The position numbers and the translations under genes were made by a program. From NCBI GenBank assembly GCA_934532985.1, contig CAKTAV010000001.1, positions 230,182 to 294,181 of the forward strand: a stretch of 64,000 bases of DNA. The letters are read 5' to 3'. The notes under the pieces are model-generated. The model ran no database searches and was not told where the DNA came from. It worked only from the letters and a program-made list of their open reading frames with translations. This DNA comes from an uncultured Butyricicoccus sp. (GTDB lineage: Bacteria; Bacillota; Clostridia; Oscillospirales; Butyricicoccaceae). Below, one piece after another: positions 40,049-48,877 of the stretch (within the stretch, counting starts at the first letter, position 1; the number at the start of each line of letters is the position of its first letter).

Positions 40049-40504
40049 TTATCGTCCCGTGGAGCCAAATCCTCCGACTCCGCGCGCGGTGTCCTCTAGT
40101 TTTTCCGCTTCGACCGCCGCAAACGGCACCACCGGCATCACAACCAGCTGCGCCATGCGCTCGCCCGGCTGAATCGTGTACGCCTCCTGCGACAGGTTCA
40201 CCAAGCCGACCTTGATTTCCCCGCGGTAATCGCTGTCGATCACACCGACACCGTTGGACAGTGCCAGCCCGTGCTTGACTGCCAGCCCGCTGCGCGCAAA
40301 CACAAATGCGCCGTATCCGGCGTCTGGCAGCTGCATCGCCAGTCCAGTCGGAATCATCGCCCGTCCCATCGGCCCGATTGTCAGCGGCTGATCCAGATTC
40401 GCCCGCAGATCCGCTCCGGCACTGCCCGCCGTGGCAAATGCCGGAAGCTCCGGCCATCGTCCGCCCGGCGTCGGAATTCGGCGAAACATGATTTCTGTCA
40501 TCAT
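40049..40504 (-). CDS. dut: dUTP diphosphatase
   Basis: AGSAGADLRA, ARSGLAVKHG, GVIDSDYRGE, RGVGGFGSTGR. ATGA overlap with the upstream stop. Confidence 0.9.
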   Translation of the reverse strand: MMTEIMFRRIPTPGGRWPELPAFATAGSAGADLRANLDQPLTIGPMGRAMIPTGLAMQLPDAGYGAFVFARSGLAVKHGLALSNGVGVIDSDYRGEIKVGLVNLSQEAYTIQPGERMAQLVVMPVVPFAAVEAEKLEDTARGVGGFGSTGR

Positions 40505-42618
40505 TCCACTCCTCTGCGGTACAGTCCGCGCGTCGCGTCCGCGCCATAGTCCGGCATACGTCCGCCGCACAGCTCCTGTGCCCGCTGTATCGCGCTCTCC
40601 GGTCCCTCGTCGCTCAAAAGCAGGCGGGCATACGATACGCCCAGTCCCATATATTCCTGCGGCTCCAGCGCCAGAGGCTGTGAATTATATAAGGTATTGC
40701 GGCAGTGTTCCTCCCGAAATACCGGAAATTTCTTTCCCATGCGGTCGGTCAGCGCGTGCGGCCCCTTGGCGCACGCCCCGCGTCCGTCCCGTCGGCATCC
40801 GCCGCGCCGTCCGGCAATCATGCAGTTCTCGGTCACCATCAGCGGCAGCCGTCCTGCCACAATCAGCTCGGTTTTCAACGGCTTTTGCATGTCGCGAATC
40901 TGCGCAAACCGCAGCTCATACGACAGGGTTTGTCGCTGTACGCCGCAGCATTTGAGCACATCCAGCGTGCCGCCGTGAAAGGCGTTGAGTCCAAAATCGC
41001 CGTACACCGCCATATCCAGCGCCTGCACCGGCGCGATCTGTCCGACGTTGCCGACCAGCGCCGCCCGACAGCCCAGCTCGCGGCAGCGCTGCAAATCCTG
41101 CTGCACCGATTTCCACTCGGCGTTCCAGATAATGCGCGGCAGCACCGGCACCAGCTCGCGTCCCGCCTGCACGATCTCCTGCGCTCGCTGCGGGTGCTCC
41201 GCAATCTCGTGCGCCGGAACATAAATGCTCACCAGCGGCAGCTGTTCCATGCCCTGCGGTATCTGGTGCATCGTGCGCACCTGTACGGTATATCCGATCC
41301 ATTCCCGCTGTTTTGGAGCGTTTTCATGTGGTTCTGGTACGTTTTCCCGCACCACCGGAACGCTCTGCCGCGCCGCGGTCAGCGTATCCAGCGCCTGCCG
41401 CCGCAGGGCGTTCAGCTCCTTTGCCGGTATGCGCAGCCCGTCGTCCAGCGTCACCGCAGTGTCCTCCGGATAAAACACCGTGCCGCCCGTTTTGCGCAGG
41501 GCGCGTTCGATGTCCTCCTTCGTGGACGCCCGATGCAGCGCCGCTTCCGGAATTGCGCCCTGACATACCGAGGTATGTTCCTCGCTCTGGGCGGACAGCC
41601 GCAGCGGCTGTCCTGCCTGTGCGGTCAATGCAAACGACACCGGCACAGTCTGTGCCTGCGCCTCCGGCGCATACGTTGCGGCGGCGCGGTCATACAGCGG
41701 CTTGAGCTGCTTTTGCGGCGTCTCGGTGCGCATACCAAACATGCTCGGTCCGAGCTTGCCCTCGTAATAGCCCTGTGTAAAGCCGTCGCGGGAGAACACG
41801 AGACGCAGATCGTCCAGCTCCCGCTTGGTCGGTGCGCGTCCCTCCCGCAAAACGGAAGAATAAATCCTCGTCACCGTCGCCACATATTCCGGCCGCTTCA
41901 TGCGTCCCTCAATTTTCAGCGACGCCACGCCGATGTCCGACAGTTCCCACAGCTGTTCCAGCAGGCAGTTGTCCTTTAGGCTCATCGGGTAGTTGTTCTT
42001 CCCGTCATACGGCAGACGACAGGGCTGGGCGCACAGACCGCGGTTGCCGCTGCGCCGCCCGATGACGGCGGACAGCTCGCACTGTCCGGAATAGCACATG
42101 CAAAGCGCACCGTGAACAAACACCTCGGTTTCAATGCCCGCCTGCTGCGTAATCGCGCGAATGTCGCGCATCGGCAGCTCACGCGAGAGCACGACGCGGG
42201 AAAAGCCCTGTTGCTTGGCAAACAGCGCCCCGTCCAGCGAATGGACGGTGAGCTGCGTTGAGGCGTGCAGCACCGCATCCGGAAACTGCTCTCGAATGGC
42301 GCGCGCCGCGCCCAGATCCTGCACAATCAGAGCGTCTGCGCCCGCCTCCAGCATCGTGCGGACGTCCGCCAGCAGCTGTGGCAGCTCACGATCCAACACC
42401 AGCGTGTTCACCGTCAGATTGGTTTTCACTCCGTGCAGACGGCAGTACGCCAGCGCTTCCCGCAACTGTTCCTCTGTAAAATTTTTTGCGCCCCTTCGGG
42501 CATTAAACGTTCCGAAGCCAAGATACACGGCGTCCGCGCCGTTGTTTACCGCCGCCCGCACCGCCTCCGGCGATCCGGCCGGGGCAAGCAGCTCCGGATG
42601 ACTGATCTTTGTATTCAT
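40501..42618 (-). CDS. Peptidase U32 family protein (long form)
   Basis: ELLAPAGS...AVNNGADAVYLG and the E.F.HGALC...SGQC motif of U32. Confidence 0.85.
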   Translation of the reverse strand: MNTKISHPELLAPAGSPEAVRAAVNNGADAVYLGFGTFNARRGAKNFTEEQLREALAYCRLHGVKTNLTVNTLVLDRELPQLLADVRTMLEAGADALIVQDLGAARAIREQFPDAVLHASTQLTVHSLDGALFAKQQGFSRVVLSRELPMRDIRAITQQAGIETEVFVHGALCMCYSGQCELSAVIGRRSGNRGLCAQPCRLPYDGKNNYPMSLKDNCLLEQLWELSDIGVASLKIEGRMKRPEYVATVTRIYSSVLREGRAPTKRELDDLRLVFSRDGFTQGYYEGKLGPSMFGMRTETPQKQLKPLYDRAAATYAPEAQAQTVPVSFALTAQAGQPLRLSAQSEEHTSVCQGAIPEAALHRASTKEDIERALRKTGGTVFYPEDTAVTLDDGLRIPAKELNALRRQALDTLTAARQSVPVVRENVPEPHENAPKQREWIGYTVQVRTMHQIPQGMEQLPLVSIYVPAHEIAEHPQRAQEIVQAGRELVPVLPRIIWNAEWKSVQQDLQRCRELGCRAALVGNVGQIAPVQALDMAVYGDFGLNAFHGGTLDVLKCCGVQRQTLSYELRFAQIRDMQKPLKTELIVAGRLPLMVTENCMIAGRRGGCRRDGRGACAKGPHALTDRMGKKFPVFREEHCRNTLYNSQPLALEPQEYMGLGVSYARLLLSDEGPESAIQRAQELCGGRMPDYGADATRGLYRRGVE

Positions 42619-42636
42619 GTACCTAATTTATCTATA

Positions 42637-43347
42637 TCACTGGATCACGCGGCTCAGACGCAAACGCAGGTCGTTCAGCTCCCGCTCGGCGTCCGCCAGC
42701 ACGTTTTCCAGCTCCTCCACGCGGCGGCGCTGCTTTTCGGTCTCGCTGAGCTTATCCTTAAACCCGCGGATCACGCGCTCCTGCCGCTCTGCTTCCTCCA
42801 TGTCTTCCCGATGCTTGGCATCGGCCTCCGCCAGACTGTGTTCCAAGTCCTTGATGCGGCGGTTGCGCTTGTCGGCATCATCCTGAAACGCGCGCACGCG
42901 CATGTCCGCCTGCGACAGCTGGCTTTCCAGCTCGTTGATGCGGGCACGGCGCTTGTCCTCTCCCGCCACCTGTTTTTCCAGCGACATGATGCGTTCCTTG
43001 AGCTGGTCGAGATGGTTCATCTCCTCCGCCCGCTCCGCCGCGCGCTTTTCCAGACGGGTGATCTCCACGTTGGCGTTTGCCAGCTCGCGGCTCACCTGCT
43101 TGTTTTCGTCCAGATAGCCCGCCATCTGCTCACGCAGGTGGTCCGCGCTCTGTACGGTCTGTACATAATTATCCGCCATATCACACGCCGCCAAGATGCC
43201 GGCCTGAATCATCGCTGCGCCCGAGGCCCGGATTTCCGAGATTTTTTTATCCACCAGCGCGGCGATCTTAACCATATATTCTTCGTCCTGTTCCCCTGTC
43301 ATGGTAAATGTTTGACCGGCAATGGTGACCTCTGCTCTGTTTTTCAT
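42637..43347 (-). CDS. ZapA-like cell division protein with a long C-terminal coiled coil
   Basis: The N-terminal 90 aa (VTIAGQTFTMTGEQDEEY..IAALVDKK) are ZapA-like. The remaining 145 aa are heptad-rich and charged. Confidence 0.65.
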   Translation of the reverse strand: MKNRAEVTIAGQTFTMTGEQDEEYMVKIAALVDKKISEIRASGAAMIQAGILAACDMADNYVQTVQSADHLREQMAGYLDENKQVSRELANANVEITRLEKRAAERAEEMNHLDQLKERIMSLEKQVAGEDKRRARINELESQLSQADMRVRAFQDDADKRNRRIKDLEHSLAEADAKHREDMEEAERQERVIRGFKDKLSETEKQRRRVEELENVLADAERELNDLRLRLSRVIQ

Positions 43348-43601
43348 ATCCAATCCCTTCCTTCTATCTCGGAGCCGTGGTATTCCCCCGGCGTTTCTTT
43401 TCATACAGATTTAGTATATCATATTTTCTTTTGATTTGTACCCATCGCCGGTTTCTTTTTCAAAAAAACGGGAAAAAATTTGTATCTTTTGCGCATCCGT
43501 GGTAAAATATGTGCAGGAAAACCAACGCCCCGGCACGACGAACGCAGCACAAGCTGTCTGCAGCAGCGCTGCCCCGCGCCGGAGGGGAAAGGATAGAGCA
43601 A

Positions 43602-44402
43602 ATGTTACATCTCAGCAAGGCTCGCCGCATTGTCATCAAGGTAGGCACCTCCACCCTCACCTATCCCAACGGCAAGCTGAATATTCGCTGCATTGAGCGG
43701 CTGGTTCGCTGCATTGCGGATCTGGAAAACCGCGGCTATGAAATGCTGCTCGTCTCATCCGGCGCCATCGGCATTGGCGCGTCCAAGCTGCGCCTGCCGG
43801 AGCGCCCCAGCTCCACCCGCATGAAGCAGGCAGCCGCCGCCGTCGGTCAGTGCGAGCTGATGCATATTTACGATAAAATGTTTTTGGAATACGGTCTGAA
43901 CGTAGCGCAGATTCTGCTGACCACCGAAGAGACCAACAATGGCAAGCGCCGAGAGAACATCCACAACACCATACTGGCGCTGCTGGAGACCGGTGCGATT
44001 CCGATTGTCAACGAAAACGACAGCGTGGCAACCGAGGAAATCGAGTTCGGCGACAACGATACCCTGTCCGCCGCCGTCGCCCGCCTGTCCGAGGCCGATC
44101 TGCTGGTCATCTTCACCGATATGGACGGTCTGTTTGACGACGATCCACGCGCGAATCCAGAGGCGCGCCTGATTCCCGTCGTGCACGAGGTCAACGACAA
44201 TCTGCGCGCCATCGCGGGCGGCGCCGGAACCAAAAACGGAACCGGCGGCATGGTCACCAAGCTGCACGCGGCGGAACTTTGCATGGAGCGCAATATTCCA
44301 ATGTTCGTCGTCAACGGCAGCCATCCGGAGGTTCTGTACGACATCACCGAGGGACGTCTCGCCGGAACGCTGTTCCTGCCGGACGAGAGAAAGGAGAGCT
44401 GA
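43602..44402 (+). CDS. proB: Glutamate 5-kinase (short form without PUA domain)
   Basis: RIVIKVGTSTLT, LVSSGAIG, NENDSVA, FGDNDTLSA. Confidence 0.9.
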   Translation: MLHLSKARRIVIKVGTSTLTYPNGKLNIRCIERLVRCIADLENRGYEMLLVSSGAIGIGASKLRLPERPSSTRMKQAAAAVGQCELMHIYDKMFLEYGLNVAQILLTTEETNNGKRRENIHNTILALLETGAIPIVNENDSVATEEIEFGDNDTLSAAVARLSEADLLVIFTDMDGLFDDDPRANPEARLIPVVHEVNDNLRAIAGGAGTKNGTGGMVTKLHAAELCMERNIPMFVVNGSHPEVLYDITEGRLAGTLFLPDERKES

Positions 44403-44405
44403 TTC

Positions 44406-45650
44406 ATGTCTTCTGTATTGGATACCTGCCGCCGGGCCGCCGCGGTCAAAGTTACCGTCGGCGCGCTGCGCACCACAGACAAGAACCGCGCCCTGCTCGC
44501 CATCGCCGATGCGCTGGAGGCCGGACGCAAAGAAATTAAAAAAGCTAACGCCATCGACATCGCCGAGGGACGCAAAAACGGCCTGAATGACGGCCTGATT
44601 GATCGTCTGACGCTGGACGATTCCCGCATCACCGGCGTGGCGGAGGGATGCCGCGCAGTCGCCGCGCTGCCTGATCCGGCGGGCGAAGTCACCGATATGA
44701 AAATCACGCCAAACGGCCTGAAAATCGGACGAAAACGCGTCCCGATGGGCGTCATCGGCATTATTTATGAATCCCGCCCGAACGTCACGGTAGACGCTGC
44801 CGCCCTGTGCTTCAAGGCCGGCTCCGCCTGTGTTCTGCGTGGCGGAAAGGAAGCGTATCACTCCAACCGTTGTCTGATGGATCTGATGCGCGGCGCGATC
44901 GAATCCTGCGGTCTGCCCGCCGATGCGCTCAATCTGATTGACGATCTCACGCACGAGGGCGCGGCGGAAATGATGCGTGCAAACGGTCTGATCGACGTGC
45001 TGATTCCGCGCGGCGGCGCCGGGCTCATCCGCACGGTCGTCAACAACGCCACGGTTCCGGTCATTGAAACCGGCACGGGCAACTGTCATATTTACGTCGA
45101 TGCGTCCGCCGATCTCGATATGGCGCGTGACATTCTGGTCAACGCCAAGTGCCAGCGCGTCTCGGTCTGCAATGCCGCAGAGAGTCTGCTGGTACACCGC
45201 GACGTCGCGGAGACCTTCCTGCCGATCGCGCAGAAGGCGCTGAACGAACACCATGTCGTTCTGCACGGCTGTCCGCGCACGCAGGAGATTTTGTCGGATA
45301 TTCTTCCGGCAACTGAGGAAGACTACGGCAAAGAATATCTCGACTATGAAATGTCGGTCAAGGTGGTGGACTCTCTGGAGGAGGCCATCGACCACATCAA
45401 CCGCTACAATACCGGTCACTCGGAGGCTATCGTCACGCACGATTACTTTGCCGCTCAGAAGTTCCTCGATCTGGTGGACGCGGCGGCGGTGTATGTCAAC
45501 GCCAGCACCCGCTTTACCGACGGCGGCGAGTTCGGCTTTGGTGCGGAGATCGGTATCTCCACCCAGAAGCTGCACGCCCGCGGCCCGATGGGACTGCGCG
45601 AGCTGACCACCAACAAATACATCATTTACGGAGAAGGTCAGATTCGCTGA
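44406..45650 (+). CDS. proA: Glutamate-5-semialdehyde dehydrogenase
   Basis: 414 aa: CNAAESLLVH, NASTRFTDGGEFG. Confidence 0.9.
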   Translation: MSSVLDTCRRAAAVKVTVGALRTTDKNRALLAIADALEAGRKEIKKANAIDIAEGRKNGLNDGLIDRLTLDDSRITGVAEGCRAVAALPDPAGEVTDMKITPNGLKIGRKRVPMGVIGIIYESRPNVTVDAAALCFKAGSACVLRGGKEAYHSNRCLMDLMRGAIESCGLPADALNLIDDLTHEGAAEMMRANGLIDVLIPRGGAGLIRTVVNNATVPVIETGTGNCHIYVDASADLDMARDILVNAKCQRVSVCNAAESLLVHRDVAETFLPIAQKALNEHHVVLHGCPRTQEILSDILPATEEDYGKEYLDYEMSVKVVDSLEEAIDHINRYNTGHSEAIVTHDYFAAQKFLDLVDAAAVYVNASTRFTDGGEFGFGAEIGISTQKLHARGPMGLRELTTNKYIIYGEGQIR

Positions 45651-45681
45651 CCATCCCTCTGTAGGAAGAAGGCATATTCAC

Positions 45682-46284
45682 ATGGAACAGGAATTCAAAT
45701 GGCGCTGCCCGGATGAGGCACACTTTTTCACCCTTTTGTCCGATCCCAAGCTCCCGCCGCACGGCGACATCCAGCGCATTGCGATGTGCGCGGTCTATTA
45801 TGACACGGCAGATCATCTAGTCTCCCGTCACCGTGGCGGCCTGCGTCTGCGCACGGAGAACGACCGCACGGTCTGCTGTCTCAAGCTGCCCGCTCAGTCC
45901 CCCGCCGGACAGGCGCTGAAAAACCGCGAGGAATACGAATGCAGCGCATCGGATATTCACACCGGTCTGCGCCTGCTGCCGGAGCGCACCGGCGCACCGG
46001 AGGGTCTGTGCCGCCAGATTGCGCAGGGCGACCTGCAGGAGATCGGGCGCACGGAATTTACCCGTCAGATTGTCCTGCTCACCCACGAGCACTGCGAGGC
46101 GGAGCTTTCCTTTGACACCGGACGCATCGTCCACGGCGGCCAGCAGCTGCCGATCTCAGAGATCGAGCTGGAGTACAAATTCGGCGATGTCAACGCCTTT
46201 TTGGATCTGGGACGCTGGATGGAAATGACGTTCTCACTCACCGCCGAGCCTCTGTCCAAGCTGGCGCGGATGCTTTCTCTGTAA
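45682..46284 (+). CDS. CYTH-domain protein (triphosphate tunnel metalloenzyme)
   Basis: N-terminal ExExK (EQEFK) and C-terminal EIELEY acidic strand. Confidence 0.7.
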   Translation: MEQEFKWRCPDEAHFFTLLSDPKLPPHGDIQRIAMCAVYYDTADHLVSRHRGGLRLRTENDRTVCCLKLPAQSPAGQALKNREEYECSASDIHTGLRLLPERTGAPEGLCRQIAQGDLQEIGRTEFTRQIVLLTHEHCEAELSFDTGRIVHGGQQLPISEIELEYKFGDVNAFLDLGRWMEMTFSLTAEPLSKLARMLSL

Positions 46285-46333
46285 GCAGTATTTCCAAACA
46301 AAAAAACAACGGACTTTACCGTGAAAAAGTCAC

Positions 46334-46362
46334 AGCGGGACGGCAAATACTGCCGTCCCGCT
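46334..46362. terminator. Bidirectional terminator between convergent genes
   Basis: AGCGGGACGGCA-aatac-TGCCGTCCCGCT. Confidence 0.75.
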
Positions 46363-46366
46363 ATTC

Positions 46367-47248
46367 TTATCCCTGTTTCTCCGCAACGCAATACCGCACT
46401 CCTGCGGGAGTGCACATCGGATGTACCGGATTGGCCGCGTTATACGCTGCGAAAAAGGCTGCATCGGCCTCCTCTTTCCCGTATTCCTCCCGCACGGCAA
46501 AGCCCACCTGTTTGAGCAGCGCGTGCATCTCCTCGCGGGTGTAGCACGCCTGCATTTCCTCTCCCGCGCCCTTTGCCAGTGCTCGGTTTGTCCGGCTGGC
46601 GTCTCCTTCGTCCTGCGTCGGATAGTCCAGACACAGTGTCGAGCCTTCGCCCCACAGCGTCCCAATGCGCGACAGCAGCGTGCCAAACGCCGCCTTGCTC
46701 AGATAATAACTGATACCGAGCAGACTGCCGCAGCTGTGCACCGTCACGTCAAAACCCTTGCGGCACAGGCTGTCCATCCAATCCGCCTGCGCCAGATCGC
46801 ACGGGACAAACACCGCATCGGATGCCAATCCCGCCGCCTGAATACGCCGTTTCTTGTCCTCCAGCAATTCAGAAAGATCCAGCTCATATACCTCGCAATT
46901 CGCTCCGCTGTACGTCAGTCCTGTCGTGTCATATCCGGCAGCGAATGAGACATACTGCGTGCATCCCGCCGCAAGCTCCCGCTCCATCATTCGCGCATTA
47001 CATGCACTTCGCGCCAGCACGCTCGGCGCTAAAATGTGATCCACAATATACCGCAATCCAGCTTCCTTGCTTCCGGTGAAGTTCGGCGCAAAATATGAGA
47101 TTCCCTCCGCCATGTGGGATGAAATCGCCGCGTATTCCTCCGGTGTCAGCATCCGCTCCGCCAGCTCGTCTCGAAAGACCCACTGCGTGTTGTTCCTCAC
47201 GTGATACGCCCGCACAAAGCAGCTCACCATTGCCGTTGTGTTTGTCAT
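46367..47248 (-). CDS. Class I SAM-dependent methyltransferase (Ppm1/LCMT-like family)
   Basis: N-terminus ...SCFVRAYH... and overall length are typical of the putative O-methyltransferase family. GGGAGGAAG RBS before ATG 47248. Confidence 0.6.
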   Translation of the reverse strand: MTNTTAMVSCFVRAYHVRNNTQWVFRDELAERMLTPEEYAAISSHMAEGISYFAPNFTGSKEAGLRYIVDHILAPSVLARSACNARMMERELAAGCTQYVSFAAGYDTTGLTYSGANCEVYELDLSELLEDKKRRIQAAGLASDAVFVPCDLAQADWMDSLCRKGFDVTVHSCGSLLGISYYLSKAAFGTLLSRIGTLWGEGSTLCLDYPTQDEGDASRTNRALAKGAGEEMQACYTREEMHALLKQVGFAVREEYGKEEADAAFFAAYNAANPVHPMCTPAGVRYCVAEKQG

Positions 47249-47311
47249 ACTTCTTCCTCCCGTTTCTCGTGATATATACTTATTACACCCAGAGAAAAGG
47301 AAATACAAGAC

Positions 47312-47432
47312 TTGATTTTCCAGTTAAAATGTGGTAATATAAACACAGTTAAAGGGAAGATTTTTTTATATCCACGCAAGTAAGCCGCCGCATCGAGAGA
47401 GCATTCGATGCGGCGGCTTGCCTTTGTTTTTT
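47312..47432 (+). ncRNA. Candidate small RNA of about 85 nt with its own promoter and terminator
   Basis: TTGATT-17 nt-TAATAT (extended TG). About 35 nt unstructured, then a 17-bp stem AAGCCGCCGCATCGA.../...TCGATGCGGCGGCTT followed by a T-run. No plus-strand gene upstream or downstream. Confidence 0.5.
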
Positions 47433-47482
47433 TATTCTATCTATTCATTCTGTTTATGCAGATGACAGCTCGTATTTCCTGC

Positions 47483-47856
47483 TTGACACAAAACCGGAAG
47501 TCCTTTACAATGCACTTGTGGAAACCACCGGCCTCGATTGAGTTTTACACGGTTTTATAGGTCGGGACGGCAAAAGACGGTTGCCTGTCATCCCGCGCGA
47601 GCGGCATGGAGGCGTGTATACAGCTCTTCGCGGGAAATACTCTCGTCAGGGGTGATACATATTATTGCTTTAACTGTTGCTGGCAGTATTTGCAGTATTT
47701 TAGGCTTTGCATTCGCGACCTATGCTTACACATGCAGCAAAAGAAAAAGTGAGCCATCTGCCGTTACCAGATAGCTCACTATGTCGTTGGAGAGCGTCAA
47801 CTCTCCTTCATAGTACGCCGCTCCTCTTTTCGCATGGAGGACCGGCGTTTTTTCGT
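47483..47856 (+). other. Promoter-to-terminator transcription unit of about 340 nt, of unclear nature (structured RNA and/or small-peptide mRNA)
   Basis: TTGACA-17 nt-TACAAT at 47483..47511. Terminator CGCCGCTCC...GGAGGACCGGCG plus T6 at about 47815..47856. Contains two overlapping small ORFs: 47606..47752 (48 aa, 6 Cys) and 47652..47774 (40 aa, hydrophobic with KRK). Neither has an SD. Confidence 0.45.
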
Positions 47857-47859
47857 CCC

Positions 47860-48504
47860 TTATTTCACCATTTCCCGCCGATACAGCGCCGCGCTCACCA
47901 GCACGCTACCCACCGCACACACACCGGCAATGACAATCGCCGCGGCAAACCGCATCTGCGTCGGCAGGAGAAATGCACTGAGCACAATCAGCAGTCCGCC
48001 GACGAACAGCATCCACCCACTGATGCGCTGGGTCTGCTTCCATACTGTGTCGCTGGACAGCGTCCAGCGGTTTCGCGCGCCGATCAAACCATTTCGCTTG
48101 ACCTTGGGCAGATAATTTCCCATCCACATCAGCAGCAGGCCGACCAGCACCGTGACCACGCAAGCGACATCCATCCGCCCCGGATGCAGTGATTCCGAAA
48201 TCGTAATTCCCACCACAGCAAGAACCATAAGGTTGAGCATCACAACCGTTCCATCCACAAACTTCGCCGAACGCTGAATATTTTTCTTCTGTGGCTCATG
48301 GCGAGCCGCCCACAGCAGCAGTGCGGTAAGAAACAGCGCAATGGCTCCCAACAGCAGGATGGCAAAGCGCGGGGCAAAGCCATTTGGCGTGCCGTCCATC
48401 CCCCAGTGAATCGTAATCGTATCCGGCAGCCCGGCGTAGCTCAGCACCGCCAGCACGAGCGGCAGTGCCGCCGTAATCCACAGCATGGTTCTCCTGTTTT
48501 TCAT
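47860..48504 (-). CDS. SdpI/YhfL-family membrane protein (immunity/signal-transduction type) with a DUF1648-like N-terminus
   Basis: GNYLPKVKRNGLIGARNRWTLSSDTVWKQTQRISGW is the SdpI family core. ATGA overlap with the upstream ArsR-family gene. Confidence 0.8.
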   Translation of the reverse strand: MKNRRTMLWITAALPLVLAVLSYAGLPDTITIHWGMDGTPNGFAPRFAILLLGAIALFLTALLLWAARHEPQKKNIQRSAKFVDGTVVMLNLMVLAVVGITISESLHPGRMDVACVVTVLVGLLLMWMGNYLPKVKRNGLIGARNRWTLSSDTVWKQTQRISGWMLFVGGLLIVLSAFLLPTQMRFAAAIVIAGVCAVGSVLVSAALYRREMVK

Positions 48505-48773
48505 GACTCCGTCCCTCCCATCAATCCAGTCATCCATGTCATAATTTCCTCTAAAACAGACAAATTTAACTCATAATAGATGTATTTTCCGCGCTTTTCC
48601 GCCTCAATCAGCCCTGCTTCCTTCAGGATCGACAGATGATGCGACACCGTTGCCCCCGTCATCGCGAAGTGTTCTGCAATGTCTCCCGCCGCCAGCGGTC
48701 CTTGTTGAAGCAGCTGTAAAATCTCCCGCCGCGTCGGGTCGGAAAGCGCCTTGAAGGTCTTTTGAAAGCTCAT
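48501..48773 (-). CDS. ArsR-family transcriptional repressor (SdpR-like)
   Basis: FKALSDPTRREILQLL...GDIAEHF.MTGATVSHHLSILKEAGLI. Confidence 0.85.
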   Translation of the reverse strand: MSFQKTFKALSDPTRREILQLLQQGPLAAGDIAEHFAMTGATVSHHLSILKEAGLIEAEKRGKYIYYELNLSVLEEIMTWMTGLMGGTES

Positions 48774-48877
48774 GCCTTCTCTCCTCCCTCGCCCTTCATT
48801 TAGATCTTTGTCTAAATATAGAATAGCAGAGAGAGTCTGCCCTGTCAACGATTATTTAGATATTTATCTAAATATTA

